Sequence record: OL615012
DNA from: Shigella phage vB_SboM_Phaginator
DNA: 64,000 nt
Strand: one strand, 5' to 3'
Of this stretch, positions 62,835 to 64,000 are shown in pieces. Position numbers and translations under genes: made by a program. The notes beneath the pieces were generated by a model that was given only the letters and a program-made list of their open reading frames with translations, was not told the DNA's origin and did not search any database. Every line of letters begins with the position of its first letter. The first letter of the stretch is position 1.

Positions 62835-63029
62835 TTATTTGAATTGTGCGATTCTTTTCTTTAGACACTCAGCATAAGATTTCATTGAGATGAACTGTGA
62901 AAGCAGCAGTTCTTGCTCAACTGCACTAACCGTTAGAAACTTTGTGCTTTCTAAAAATTTGCTCAGTGCATTAATTTTGAGCATTAATTGATCGTATTCT
63001 TCTTTTACTCGTGCTTGATAACCTAACAT
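62835..63029 (-). CDS. Hypothetical protein (denB.1-like)
   Basis: 64-aa ORF flanked by GC-rich hairpins. Confidence 0.55.
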   Translation of the reverse strand: MLGYQARVKEEYDQLMLKINALSKFLESTKFLTVSAVEQELLLSQFISMKSYAECLKKRIAQFK

Positions 63030-63061
63030 AATTTTCCTTAATATGATAAGGGCCGAAGCCC

Positions 63062-64000
63062 TTATTTAAATTGTTCAGTAACGTCTTCAACTACTTCGTA
63101 TTGGCAGGTACGCATTTTAGCATCGTTGTAATCAATCGGAATTGATACTACATCACGTGGATGTACTTTAACTTTTACAACTCGGCTGGTTGAACTGCCA
63201 AAGTGACGAATATAAGATTTAGAACACACATGCAGACCACGAGAACAAGTTTGTGTATCATCGTCATTCACACGAGTACGCGGCATTTTAACTACTTTAC
63301 CAGGACTGTTATCAAAGGTGTTTGAGTGACAGTCAAAGTAATTACTGCGAACTACTTTCCAAGCATAGAAGTAACCATCTTCTGTAATTTCAATATCATT
63401 TGCTACCAAGAAATCAAAGAGTCGAGATACCGCTTTCTGGCTTGGGTTTTCCAGCAGATTTTCCAAGAACGGAAAATAAAATTCAAAGTTTTCGCCTTTT
63501 TCCATCGAATCAAGAATACGATCAACCAAACCAGACCGCAATTCAATATTTTGATAGAATAAGCTTCCACCTTCAATTCGAACATCACCGGAAATATATT
63601 TTTCAACAGCGCGACGAACATTAATTTTTTGTGCCGCTTCTTCTAACTTATCTGCTACAAGCAGATTAAGAATTTCCTGGAAGTTTGAATGAGTATTAGG
63701 AGTTGCGTTATAAGTTACACCATCAACAGTAATTGAAATGAATTTTTTAGATGCATTCCAAATAATGTCAGATTTAGCAACTGGAGCAATAACTGCATCG
63801 CTATTAACTTTAACTGTAATATCACCGCTAATAGTAACTTTAGAGCGTTTAGCTTCTTCAGCATTTTTCAGAACACGACGGATTGTGTCAACCGATACAT
63901 CCTTCCAATAAGCCAATTCCTGTTGGGTGTAATTACCACTTGAATACAGCTTAACAATTTCAGCTTGTTCGTTTTTGGTCAGGCATTTAATATTGTACAT
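63062..64000 (-). CDS. rIIB: rIIB
   Basis: 312 aa, MYNIKCLTKNEQAEIVKLYSSGNYTQQELA…; start codon lies at the last bases of the window. Confidence 0.95.
   Translation of the reverse strand: MYNIKCLTKNEQAEIVKLYSSGNYTQQELAYWKDVSVDTIRRVLKNAEEAKRSKVTISGDITVKVNSDAVIAPVAKSDIIWNASKKFISITVDGVTYNATPNTHSNFQEILNLLVADKLEEAAQKINVRRAVEKYISGDVRIEGGSLFYQNIELRSGLVDRILDSMEKGENFEFYFPFLENLLENPSQKAVSRLFDFLVANDIEITEDGYFYAWKVVRSNYFDCHSNTFDNSPGKVVKMPRTRVNDDDTQTCSRGLHVCSKSYIRHFGSSTSRVVKVKVHPRDVVSIPIDYNDAKMRTCQYEVVEDVTEQFK

Overview
This window is a contiguous segment of a T4-like (T-even, Tequatrovirus-type) myovirus genome, running from the 3' part of the major capsid gene 23 to rIIB. Gene content and order were assigned by reading the six-frame ORF translations against T4 protein sequences and gene order recalled from memory; no database search was run. 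Plus-strand late genes are 23, 24, uvsW, the baseplate hub block 51-27-28-29-48-54, the long tail fibre genes 34-35-36-37-38 and holin t. Minus-strand early/middle genes include rnlB, hoc, inh, uvsY, 25-26, two Alt-type ADP-ribosyltransferases, DNA ligase 30 and the 30.x series, rIII, 31, cd, pseT, the spanin pair, alc, rnlA, denA, nrdB, nrdA, td, frd, 32, 59, 33, dsbA, rnh, asiA, arn, motA, 52, stp, ndd, denB and rIIB. No rRNA, tRNA or CRISPR array was found. Differences from my recollection of T4 are: a Hoc with four Ig-like domains; two full-length tandem Alt paralogs; a roughly 370 bp insertion carrying a 115-aa ORF at the frd-td junction; a T2-type gp37 plus gp38 adhesin pair; and no homing-endonuclease genes or introns at the T4 sites (td and nrdB are uninterrupted). 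Several ORF-track starts are TTG/GTG-extended and were trimmed. I found nothing that clearly constitutes a new multi-gene system; the best candidates are the frd-td insert and the Alt/NADAR/HAD neighbourhood.
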